From the NCBI GenBank assembly GCA_964565475.1, contig CAZMFB010000011.1:12137-76136 (forward strand): a stretch of DNA of 64,000 nt, given 5' to 3'. Below are positions 32,088 to 41,202 of the stretch, piece after piece; position 1 is the first letter of the stretch; every line of letters starts with the position of its first letter. Made by a program: the position numbers and the translations under genes. This stretch comes from an uncultured Opitutaceae bacterium (lineage in GTDB: Bacteria > Verrucomicrobiota > Verrucomicrobiia > Opitutales > Opitutaceae). The notes under the pieces were generated by a model. That model was not told where the DNA came from and searched no databases. It saw only the letters and a list, made by a program, of their open reading frames with translations.

Positions 32088-32597
32088 TCAGGGTTTGGGC
32101 AGGTCGGGCCGGGCGAAGAACTGTTGCAGGCGCTCGGGCGGATCGATGCGCGGGCCACCGTCGTAGACGAATTTCCACGTGCCGTCGGCCTGCCGCTTCC
32201 AGATGGTCAGGTAGAGGCCGCTGCCGGACGGGGGCTGCGTGCCGTCGGGGGCGGGCGCCGGCGTGAACTCGTATTTGCCCCACGTATAACCGAGGGTGCC
32301 GTCGTCGGACACGTCGATCATCATGGGGGTCCAGACCAGCTTGACGCCCTTGGGCGCGGGGCCGCGGGCGCGTGCGGCCTTGAGACCCTCGCCGTATTCG
32401 GAACGGCTGAGGGTAAGACGGTTGGCATCGAAGGCCTGCTCGGCCATGTAGGCGTGAAAGCCTTCCCCGATGCCGGCCTCGGCGACCTTGGCGCAGAATT
32501 CCGCCTCGGCCCGCGCCAGCTCGGCCTTGAGTTTTTCTTTGTTGGGTGCCGCCAGCACCGAGGCGGCGGCCAGGAGGAAGAAGACAGCGATTTTCAT
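32088..32597 (-). CDS. Secreted NTF2-like/DUF4440 (YybH-like) protein
   Basis: SDDGTLGYTWGKY, YLTIWKRQADGTWKFVYDGG. Confidence 0.85.
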   Translation of the reverse strand: MKIAVFFLLAAASVLAAPNKEKLKAELARAEAEFCAKVAEAGIGEGFHAYMAEQAFDANRLTLSRSEYGEGLKAARARGPAPKGVKLVWTPMMIDVSDDGTLGYTWGKYEFTPAPAPDGTQPPSGSGLYLTIWKRQADGTWKFVYDGGPRIDPPERLQQFFARPDLPKP

Positions 32598-32701
32598 GGG
32601 TAGGGGCGGGGAGTGTGTCCGGTGGATTCCACGCGGGTCGAGGGTGGCGCGACCAAACAGAGGGCCGGAGTGCCAAATTGCGCCATGGCGGCGACCAGTG
32701 G

Positions 32702-34009
32702 TCAGGCGGGAGCCACCGTCCCGCGACACTCACCGAGTCCGAGGCGGATCATCCCGGACCTTTCCGCATAGCCGCGCAGGATGACCTCGTCGCCATCGGC
32801 GAGGAATCTGCGCTCCTCGCCATGGGGGAGCTTGATCGGCTCGGTGCCGCGCCAAGTGAGCTCGAGCAGGCAACCGCGCGAGTCCTTGGTCGGGCCGGAG
32901 ACGGTGCCGGTGCCGAGGAGATCGCCGGGCTGGAGGTTGCAGCCGTTGCTGGCGTGGTGGGCGAGCAGCTGGGCCAGCGTCCAATACATCGATTGGAAAT
33001 TGCCGGAGGAAAGCCGATGGGGCGGCAGCTTGGCCTCGCGCATCTGCGCGGTGCGCAACCAGACCTCGAGGGTGAGATCGAGCCCGCCGGCGGCCTGATC
33101 GCCCGCGTCGGACAAATAGGGCAACGGTGCCGGATCGCCGGCCGGACGTGACGGGGCGGCGACCCGGTAGGGCAGGAGGGCTTCCATCGTGACCACCCAG
33201 GGCGAAATCGTGGTGAGGAAATTCTTCGCGAGAAAGGGCCCGAGCGGCTGGTATTCCCAAGTCTGGATGTCGCGGGCGGACCAGTCGTTGAGGAGCACGA
33301 CGCCGAAGAGATGCCCGCCGGCCTGACCGATGGGGATGGTCTGGCCGGGCGGATTGCCGGGGCCGACGAAGACACCGAGTTCCAGCTCGTAGTCGAGGTT
33401 TCGGCAGGGGGAATAGACCGGGGCGGCCGCGTCGGCCGGCTTGAGCTGGCCGTGGGGGCGGCGGACGGGCGTGCCGCTGACCACGATGGACGAGCCGCGG
33501 CCGTGGTAACCGATGGGCACCCACTTGTAATTGGGCAGGAGGGGATTGTCGGGCCGGAGCATCGAGCCGACGTTTTGCGCATGGCAGATGCCGGCGTAGA
33601 AGTCGGTGTAATCCCCGATTGTCGCCGGCAGGAGCATCTCGGCTGAAGCCTGCGGCACGAGGCAGGCCCGCGCGGCACGCCGGGTTTCGCCCGCCGGGCA
33701 GGTGTCGGCCCCCAGGAGTTCACTCAACCGTGAGCGCAATGAGGTCCAAAAGGATGCCCCGGCCGCCATGAGCGGATTGAGCGTGGTGGCCCGGCAACAG
33801 GCAGCCACGCCATCGGGAAGCAGGCCGGCGTTGGCCGCCGCGGCTAGGTCGAGGATCTGGTCGCCGATGGCCACGCCCAGTCGCGGGGCGGCCGCCGGTG
33901 CCGGGCGAAAGACGCCATAGGGCAGGTTTTGCAGCGGGAAATCCGAGGCGTCGTTGGCAGAATCCAACCAGCTGCGGCGGGACGGGTCGTGGGTGGGGTT
34001 GAGATTCAT
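32702..34009 (-). CDS. fahA: Fumarylacetoacetase
   Basis: DFPLQNLPYGVF, GDYTDFY, PIGYHGR, LDYELE, NDWSARDIQ.WEYQPLGPFLAK, GTGTVSG. Confidence 0.95.
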   Translation of the reverse strand: MNLNPTHDPSRRSWLDSANDASDFPLQNLPYGVFRPAPAAAPRLGVAIGDQILDLAAAANAGLLPDGVAACCRATTLNPLMAAGASFWTSLRSRLSELLGADTCPAGETRRAARACLVPQASAEMLLPATIGDYTDFYAGICHAQNVGSMLRPDNPLLPNYKWVPIGYHGRGSSIVVSGTPVRRPHGQLKPADAAAPVYSPCRNLDYELELGVFVGPGNPPGQTIPIGQAGGHLFGVVLLNDWSARDIQTWEYQPLGPFLAKNFLTTISPWVVTMEALLPYRVAAPSRPAGDPAPLPYLSDAGDQAAGGLDLTLEVWLRTAQMREAKLPPHRLSSGNFQSMYWTLAQLLAHHASNGCNLQPGDLLGTGTVSGPTKDSRGCLLELTWRGTEPIKLPHGEERRFLADGDEVILRGYAERSGMIRLGLGECRGTVAPA

Positions 34010-34884
34010 AGCCAGTGGAGTGCTTGCAGGCCTTCGATGGGCTCGGTGAACGAGCACGAACCGTAGGAGCGGAGAAGGGCGCGGCGTGTCGAGGTGATTT
34101 GCGCGGTGCTGAAGCGATGCCCACACCAACTGAGGGCGTCATCGGTCACGGCAAAATTCCGGGCCGTGGCGTCAACGAGCAAGCGAGTGGCTGAGTCCAC
34201 GGTGCCGCCATTCTGCAGTAAGGTGGCCGCCAGAAAGACGTTGAGAAAGCCGAACATCCGGCCGGTGGGGGCATTGGGTTCCTGGCTCAGACGGTAATCC
34301 CCGCACAAGGGGTGATGCAGACCGGCGGTGGCCTTGGCCACCACCCCTCGCTGATGGCAGGCCTGCAGGAATCCGGAAACGATCTCCGGAGCGGGAAAGG
34401 CGTCCTGTGTGATGCCGCCGGTCCGGATTTTCACGCCGCGCCCCGAGGCCTGGATGACGTCGAGAAATCTGGCGGGATCGGGTCCGGCGGGAATTTCAAT
34501 CCAGACTTCCAACACGGGCGGAAATGTCCTGGCGATGGCCTCGAGGGCAGAGACCTGAGGGGCCTTGGCCTCCACTGAGACAATGCGGGCGTGACGGTGG
34601 CGGCCGTTAAAGGCGACGATCGAGGCGTGATCGGATTCAGGAGAAGCATCGGAAAGCACGCTCAACCGCCAGTCTACCTGCGACTCCGGGTTGAGTTTGG
34701 AATATTCAGCCTCGAACTCAGCCAGACGGGAAATCGGCACGATGAACCGGCCCAGCATACCGGCCTGGGCACCCCGCAGATAGGAGGCGAAATTGCCGAC
34801 CGCGACATTCATCGGAAGCTTGGACGGGGGGAAAAGCCCGGCATAGTCGATGAGTCCATTCAGCAGGGCAGCAATCGGAGTCAT
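34006..34884 (-). CDS. Conserved hypothetical protein coupled to fahA
   Basis: LIDYAGLFPP, KIRTGG, KATAGLHHPL, GFLNV, SYGSCSFTEP; ATGA overlap with fahA. Confidence 0.8.
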   Translation of the reverse strand: MTPIAALLNGLIDYAGLFPPSKLPMNVAVGNFASYLRGAQAGMLGRFIVPISRLAEFEAEYSKLNPESQVDWRLSVLSDASPESDHASIVAFNGRHRHARIVSVEAKAPQVSALEAIARTFPPVLEVWIEIPAGPDPARFLDVIQASGRGVKIRTGGITQDAFPAPEIVSGFLQACHQRGVVAKATAGLHHPLCGDYRLSQEPNAPTGRMFGFLNVFLAATLLQNGGTVDSATRLLVDATARNFAVTDDALSWCGHRFSTAQITSTRRALLRSYGSCSFTEPIEGLQALHWL

Positions 34885-35072
34885 TGTGCAAGAGGTTAGG
34901 ACGAGGCGAGGCAGTGTCAACGCCCGCACATCAGTGATTTAGGAAAGTCATGAGGGTGATTGTAAAATAAAGTCTTGTTACGCCCAGCAGGTCATTTTAT
35001 CCATTCCCGGCAGTCGAACGAGCGGTCACACAACCCGCCTGATTCCGATCAAACCCTACACCCTGATATACT

Positions 35073-38045
35073 ATGAATAATAGCTCCGTAAGGAACTTAC
35101 GGGCAGCGCTTGCTCTTATTGCAGGCATGTCCCTCGCGGCGACCGGCTTCAGCCAGTCTACCGCTTCGAACGAGGAGGCGGTCAAGCTCGAGAAGTTTGT
35201 CGTCACCGGTTCGAACATCCCGTCGACCGAGACGACGGCCGAGGCGCGCACCTTCCCGGTCGCGACCATCGACCGCCGCCTCATCGACCAATCCGGTTTG
35301 GGCAACACCACCGAATTGCTCCAGAAGATGACGCTTTCGAACGCGGGCAGTGTGCCGCTTTCGAACAACGCCACCGGCTTCACGCCCGGCGGCACGTCCA
35401 CCTCGCTCCGCGGCCTCGGGCCCGAGGCGACGCTCGTGCTCGTCAACGGTCGCCGCATGCCCTTCTACCCGATTGGCACCGGCGGCACCACGGCCTTCGT
35501 CGACCTCAATTCCATCCCCCTCGCCGCCATCGAGCGCATCGAGGTGCTCAAGGACGGCGCCTCCGCCGTCTACGGTGCCGATGCCGTCGCCGGCGTGGTG
35601 AACATCATCTTCCGCAAGGGTTATGATGGCGCCGAGTTCACCGTCAGCTACGGCAACACCACCGACAAGGACTCCTCCGAGTTCGCCGCCAACGTCATGT
35701 ATGGTGTCACGACCGACAAGAGCAGCATCATGGTCGGCGTGAACTACTACAACCGCGAGCCGATCTTTAACCGCGACCGTGAATACTCCGCGGTGCCCGC
35801 CTTCCTCAGCTCGAACTCCTCGCCGCCGAACCTTCAGGTGACGCGCGCGGCGGTGCTTGAGGCCCTCGGCCTGCCGGCCGGCTCGCCCATCACCATCAAC
35901 GGTGCGGCCAACTCGACCACGCCCGTGTTCTTCGCCACCTCCGGCCCGAACGTGCCCGGCACCATCACACCCGCCGCGGGCAATCAGAACGCCAACAACC
36001 AAGGCAATGTGCCGGCCAATCTCTACACGTTCACCACCGGCCGCCGCTCGACCTTCAATTACAACGAGTTCTCCGGCTCCTTCCCCGAGATCACCCGCAA
36101 GGGCGCTTTCGCGGCCTGGGAGCGCACGTGGAGCGACAACGTCAAGACCTATGGCGACATGTTCTTCTCGAACGTGCACCAGATCGACGAGCTCGCCCCC
36201 TACGCCACCGGCAGCTTCGAGACACCCGGCCAGTCCACGATCGTGATCCCGGCCCGCACTACCAACCCCATCCTGACCGCGTCGGAAACGGCCAACGGCC
36301 GCCGCACCGCTGCCCCGGGCGCGTTCAATCCGTTCAATCCTTTCAATCAGGACATCTCCGGTGGCTCCCGCATCCGTCTCGCCGAGTGGGGCAACCGCGT
36401 TTACCGCAACCGCAACACGGCCTTCGCCGTCACCGGCGGCATCAAGTTCGACAACATCATGGACAAGTGGAACCTCGATGCGGGCATCCGCTACGGTCAG
36501 ATTGACAACAACGGCCGCGCCAAGCTCATCGCCACCTCGCGGTTCCTGCGCGCGCTGAACGCCAACGACCCGATCTTCAACCCGGCCAGCCCGAGCTACA
36601 TCGGCACGACCGTGCCCTACAATCCGTTCGGCTACTTCCGCAACCCGATCGCGACGAACTTCGCCCCGGTCGCCTTCGCCACGCACTACACGCGGGACGA
36701 GAACCGCTCGGCCACGATGCAGGCCAACTTCCTGCTCAACACCGCCAGCCTGATGGAAGTGCCCGCCGGTGACGTCGGCTTCGCCTTCGGCGCCGAATAC
36801 CGCCGCGAAAAGGTGCACCAGGCGCCGGACTCGACCCAGCTTGCGGGCGATCTCCTCGGCGCCAACGTCGGCACCTTCACCATCGCCCAGCGCAAGATCG
36901 CCTCCTACTTCGGCGAGATCGAGATCCCGATCTTCAGCGACAAGCACAGCATGGACTTCGCGCACAACCTGTCGCTCAACGTCGCGGCCCGTTTCGAGGA
37001 CTTCCTGACCTCGAGCCGCAACGCCTTCGTGCCGAAGTTCGGCCTCCGCTGGGAGCCGCTCTCCGACGGTTCGATCGTCGTTCGCTCGAGCTGGGGTGAA
37101 GGCTTCCGCGAGCCCTCGCTCTTCGAGCTCTACTCGGGCCGCACCTCCGGCCTGACCCCGATCAACGACCCGCTCACCAACACCACTGAGACCGAGCAGA
37201 ATGTCGTGACCGGCGGCAATCCCCGCCTCGAGGCCGAGGACACCGAGTCTTGGAATGTCGGCATCGTCTGGTCGCCCAAGGGCAAGCTTGAGGGCTTCAC
37301 CGCCTCGTTCGACATGTGGCGCATCGAGCGCAACGGCACCGTGGCCGCGAACAACCAGGACACCGTCGACCGCTCCGTCGGCCGCGACAGCCTGGGCAAC
37401 CCGCGCCCGGGCGGCCTCCGCCCCGGTGAGAGCGTGGTCCGTGACCCCGCCGGCTTGATCGTCCAGGTCAACTCGGTCTTCCTCAACGCCGGTCAGACTG
37501 TCGCCGAGGGCTTCGACGTATCCGCCAGCTATGCCTGGAACACCACCGACTGGGGCCGCTTCGACTTCGGTGTGAACGCCTCCTACCTCGGCTCTTACAA
37601 GTCCTCCACCGTCCCCGGCATCGCCCCGGTTGAATTCATCGACGCGGCAATTTCGCCCGGCGACGACGGCTATCTCCGCTGGAAGGCGCAGGGCTTCGTG
37701 GGCTGGAACTGGAAGGGCATCAACGCCAGCATCACCGCCAACTACACGCACAGTTTCGATGACCTCGGCGGCGACCCCGCGGCCGACAACTACGGCGACC
37801 TGCCCTTCCGCGTCGACAGCACCCTCTTCTGGGACGTGCAGATCGGCTACAAGCTGTTCCCGTCGAAGAGCCGCCAGGACGTTTCTTGGTATTCCGACAT
37901 CAAGCTCACGGCGGGTTGCAACAACCTCTTCGACGAGGAGCCTCCCTACGTCGCGGATTGGGGCAACAACTCGACGAACTATCCGGGCTTCCTCTACAAC
38001 AATACCGGTCGTTGGGTTTACTTCCGCCTCGAGAAGAAGCTCTGA
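35073..38045 (+). CDS. TonB-dependent receptor
   Basis: LEKFVVTGS, LRGLG..TLVLVNGRR, IERIEVLKDGASAVYGADAVAGVVNII; barrel-type C-terminus. Confidence 0.95.
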   Translation: MNNSSVRNLRAALALIAGMSLAATGFSQSTASNEEAVKLEKFVVTGSNIPSTETTAEARTFPVATIDRRLIDQSGLGNTTELLQKMTLSNAGSVPLSNNATGFTPGGTSTSLRGLGPEATLVLVNGRRMPFYPIGTGGTTAFVDLNSIPLAAIERIEVLKDGASAVYGADAVAGVVNIIFRKGYDGAEFTVSYGNTTDKDSSEFAANVMYGVTTDKSSIMVGVNYYNREPIFNRDREYSAVPAFLSSNSSPPNLQVTRAAVLEALGLPAGSPITINGAANSTTPVFFATSGPNVPGTITPAAGNQNANNQGNVPANLYTFTTGRRSTFNYNEFSGSFPEITRKGAFAAWERTWSDNVKTYGDMFFSNVHQIDELAPYATGSFETPGQSTIVIPARTTNPILTASETANGRRTAAPGAFNPFNPFNQDISGGSRIRLAEWGNRVYRNRNTAFAVTGGIKFDNIMDKWNLDAGIRYGQIDNNGRAKLIATSRFLRALNANDPIFNPASPSYIGTTVPYNPFGYFRNPIATNFAPVAFATHYTRDENRSATMQANFLLNTASLMEVPAGDVGFAFGAEYRREKVHQAPDSTQLAGDLLGANVGTFTIAQRKIASYFGEIEIPIFSDKHSMDFAHNLSLNVAARFEDFLTSSRNAFVPKFGLRWEPLSDGSIVVRSSWGEGFREPSLFELYSGRTSGLTPINDPLTNTTETEQNVVTGGNPRLEAEDTESWNVGIVWSPKGKLEGFTASFDMWRIERNGTVAANNQDTVDRSVGRDSLGNPRPGGLRPGESVVRDPAGLIVQVNSVFLNAGQTVAEGFDVSASYAWNTTDWGRFDFGVNASYLGSYKSSTVPGIAPVEFIDAAISPGDDGYLRWKAQGFVGWNWKGINASITANYTHSFDDLGGDPAADNYGDLPFRVDSTLFWDVQIGYKLFPSKSRQDVSWYSDIKLTAGCNNLFDEEPPYVADWGNNSTNYPGFLYNNTGRWVYFRLEKKL

Positions 38046-38076
38046 GTATCTAGCCTGACCACAGGTCAGTTTTCCC

Positions 38077-38113
38077 AACTCCTGCCCTCACAAGGGGCGG
38101 GAGTTTTCTTTTG
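38077..38113 (+). terminator. Intrinsic terminator
   Basis: AACTCCTGCCCT/GGGGCGGGAGTT stem followed by TTCTTTT. Confidence 0.75.
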
Positions 38114-38283
38114 AGACGAACTGTCACATATATGTTCATCGCGGTATTCCTGCGTCCTGGCGCAAATTGACATACTTTTGTCTTGCCGAATGAGCCTTGA
38201 GCGATTGGCTGATTTTTACACACCAAGCTTATGCGGCTCCTAACCCGCGTTGGCTTAACACAACTGCAACACACTGATACCCT

Positions 38284-41034
38284 ATGAACGCACGTTCCGT
38301 ATGGAATCTGCGGGCATTGTTCGCGCTGATTGTTGGCGCGAGCTTTATCCCCGCCGCGGTGGCCCAACCGGCCGCTGCCTCCAAGGAAGATGAGACGGTC
38401 AAGCTCGAGAAGTTCGTGGTCACCGGATCGCTGATCCCGGTCGCCGCCGACTCCCCCGCTGTTCCGATCACCATCCTTAGCTCGGTCGACATCGCCAAGT
38501 CCGGTGTCGCCACCGACATCCTCCAGGTCCTCAAGAAGACGGAGCCGTATTTCTACGGTGCCAACAACATTGGCTCCGACAACGGCAACATCTCCTCGGG
38601 TTCGACCAACGGCGGTTCCGCCGTCGCCCTCCGCAACCGCGCCACGCTGGTGCTGATCAACGGCCGTCGCGCCGCGGTCGCCCCCGTGCTCGCCTCGGGT
38701 GGTGGCAACTTCGTCGATGTGAGCCTCATCCCGATCGCCGCCGTGGAGCGCATCGAGATCCTCTCCGACGGCGCTTCCGCGACCTACGGCTCCGATGCCG
38801 TCTCGGGCGTGGTCAACATCATCCTCAAGACCAACTACCAGGGTGGCGAGGTTTCCGGCCGCTACGGCTTCAGCACCGCCGAGGGCAAATACCGTGAGCG
38901 TTCCTACTCGGGCGTCTTCGGTGCGGGCAATGACAAGACCAATGTCACCATCTCCACCGAGTGGAAGAAGTCCGATCCGCTGATTCAGTTCCAGCGCCCG
39001 TGGGCCCGCGGCCAGTTCCGCACACCCTCGTTCGCCGGGTCGATCAACATCGGCCTCGACTTCTACTACCTCAATCCGAGCCTCAACGCTCCCCCGACCA
39101 CCGGTCTGGATCTCTCGCCTGCTGCACTCGTGGCCGGTGGCACCTATGCCGGTCCGCTGACCCAAGGCGCGGTTGCGCTGAACTTCGATCTCGCGGCCTA
39201 TCCGACCATGCTGATTTCGGCCCAGCGCCGCAGTGTCGTGGCCGCCATTGACCACCAGTTGACCGACAACATCAAACTGTTCGGAGACTTCATTTATACG
39301 GTCAACAACACGGAGTCCGTCCTCAACGCCCAGCCCGTGGCCGGCAATGTGGCCGCTGGTCACGCGTTCAATCCCTTCGACGTCACCGTCACCGCCCGCA
39401 ACCGTTTTATCCGGTTCCCCCGCATCTATGAGGCGGAGTCCACCAGCACGCGCGGCGTCGTGGGTGTGAAGGGCACCATCGGGTCCAACTGGAATTATGA
39501 GGTCGCTGGCGACTTCAACCGCACGCTCCAGAAATTCCGTAATCACAACCTGATTGATGCCGATCGCTACACCGCCTTGGTCAACAGCGGCGCTTACAAT
39601 CCATTCGCCCGCAACCAGGCCCCTGGAGTCATTGAGAGCATGCTGGGCACCAGCTTCCGCGACTACGTCAGCGAGCTGAACAGCTTCGACGTCCGCGTCA
39701 CCGGCGAGGTCATGGAACTTCCCGGCGGTCCGCTCCAGATGGGCTTCGGTGCCGAGACCCGCTGGGAGTCGCTGTCGTTCATGAACGACCGCTTTGACCA
39801 GACCGGCCAGTGGCTGCAAGCCACCCCGCGTCAGCCGTTCAATGCGCGCTCGACCACCGACGGCTTCTTTGCCGAGGCCCGCGTCCCGATCTTCGACAAG
39901 GGCAACGCCATCGACGGCGCCCAGCTCCTCGAACTCTCCGTCGCCGGCCGCAAGGACATCTACAGCCGCACGGCCGATCCGTTCGTGCCGAAATACACCG
40001 TCCGCTGGCTGCCCTTCAACAACGAGTTCGCCGTCCGCGGCACCTACTCCGAGTCATTCAGCGCTCCCACGCTGTTTGACCTGCTCGGGCCGGTCAGCCA
40101 AGGGTTCACCGCTTCGATCAACATCGCCCGTTACGACACCGCGGGCAACCCGCTCGGCGTGAACACCGGCTCCCGCCAATATCGTTCCCGCTCCGGCTCC
40201 AACGCCCTCCTGAATCCTTCCGAGTCCCGCAACTGGACGGCCGGCTTTGTCTGGTCGCCCACCAAGAGCCAGCTCAAGGGTCTCGAGGTTTCATTCGACT
40301 GGTTCGACATCGATGAGCGCGACCTGATCTCCACGATCTCGTCCACCACCATCGTCAACAGCGTCGAGCGCCTCGGTCCGGCCTCACCTTATGCCAGCCT
40401 GGTCCGCCTTGGACCCAGCTTGGCGGGTGAGACGCACTTCACCGATGGCGCGCCCATCACCACCCCGGGCCAGATGACCAACCGTCCCTCCGACGAGGTC
40501 TGGATTTCCAACCAGCTCGTCAACGTCGCCGGCGTCTGGCAGTCGGGTGCCGACATCCGGGTCCGCTACAAGTGGGATACGGAGTCCATGGGCAAGTTCA
40601 ACGCCGCCCTTTCGATGGTGTATCTGCACAACTACAACATCCAGAGCCTCCCCGGCGGGACGAGCTTCAACTACACCGACAGCTTCTCCGGCTCCAGCGT
40701 GTATCCGCGTTTCCGCACCTACACGACCCTGGGCTGGAACTACAAGAACTGGGAAGCCGGCCTGGCCCACACGTTCATCCCCGAGGTGGACGACGTCGCC
40801 AACGCCGTCGAGCTGCCGGTCAAGTCCTACCACAACTTCGATCTCCAGGCTAGCTACAGCTTCTCGGGTTCGAACAACAAGTGGCTGGACGGCCTCTCCT
40901 TCGCCGTGGGCATCAACAATGCCCTCGACGAGGAGCCCCCGTTCATCACCTCCGAGGGCAACCAGAACCACGACATCAACACCTACGACCCCATCGGTCG
41001 TTTCTTCTGGGTGTCGGCCCGCTACAAGTTCTAA
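38284..41034 (+). CDS. TonB-dependent receptor (tandem paralog)
   Basis: Same plug motifs; ends in ARYKF (C-terminal Phe). Confidence 0.95.
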   Translation: MNARSVWNLRALFALIVGASFIPAAVAQPAAASKEDETVKLEKFVVTGSLIPVAADSPAVPITILSSVDIAKSGVATDILQVLKKTEPYFYGANNIGSDNGNISSGSTNGGSAVALRNRATLVLINGRRAAVAPVLASGGGNFVDVSLIPIAAVERIEILSDGASATYGSDAVSGVVNIILKTNYQGGEVSGRYGFSTAEGKYRERSYSGVFGAGNDKTNVTISTEWKKSDPLIQFQRPWARGQFRTPSFAGSINIGLDFYYLNPSLNAPPTTGLDLSPAALVAGGTYAGPLTQGAVALNFDLAAYPTMLISAQRRSVVAAIDHQLTDNIKLFGDFIYTVNNTESVLNAQPVAGNVAAGHAFNPFDVTVTARNRFIRFPRIYEAESTSTRGVVGVKGTIGSNWNYEVAGDFNRTLQKFRNHNLIDADRYTALVNSGAYNPFARNQAPGVIESMLGTSFRDYVSELNSFDVRVTGEVMELPGGPLQMGFGAETRWESLSFMNDRFDQTGQWLQATPRQPFNARSTTDGFFAEARVPIFDKGNAIDGAQLLELSVAGRKDIYSRTADPFVPKYTVRWLPFNNEFAVRGTYSESFSAPTLFDLLGPVSQGFTASINIARYDTAGNPLGVNTGSRQYRSRSGSNALLNPSESRNWTAGFVWSPTKSQLKGLEVSFDWFDIDERDLISTISSTTIVNSVERLGPASPYASLVRLGPSLAGETHFTDGAPITTPGQMTNRPSDEVWISNQLVNVAGVWQSGADIRVRYKWDTESMGKFNAALSMVYLHNYNIQSLPGGTSFNYTDSFSGSSVYPRFRTYTTLGWNYKNWEAGLAHTFIPEVDDVANAVELPVKSYHNFDLQASYSFSGSNNKWLDGLSFAVGINNALDEEPPFITSEGNQNHDINTYDPIGRFFWVSARYKF

Positions 41035-41058
41035 GCTGACCGCTTAGGCTTCAACTTC

Positions 41059-41088
41059 AGGCCGGTCCTTCGGGACCGGCCTTTTTTT
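41059..41088 (+). terminator. Intrinsic terminator
   Basis: AGGCCGGTCC-TTCG-GGACCGGCCT followed by a T run. Confidence 0.9.
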
Positions 41089-41202
41089 GCCCCCCGCCAC
41101 GCGCTTTTTGCGTGAAACTTTTTCCGTCCTGACAATGCTGGTTCCGCGGTGGCCGGTCTCGTCGGCTTCGCTCACACAACACACCCTCGGTCGGCTACGA
41201 AC

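Noticed and set aside
35097..38078. 993-aa antisense ORF, and similar long antisense ORFs over putA, fadJ and the MFS genes
   Set aside because: Mirror-frame artefacts of strong GC3 codon bias with no recognisable motifs.
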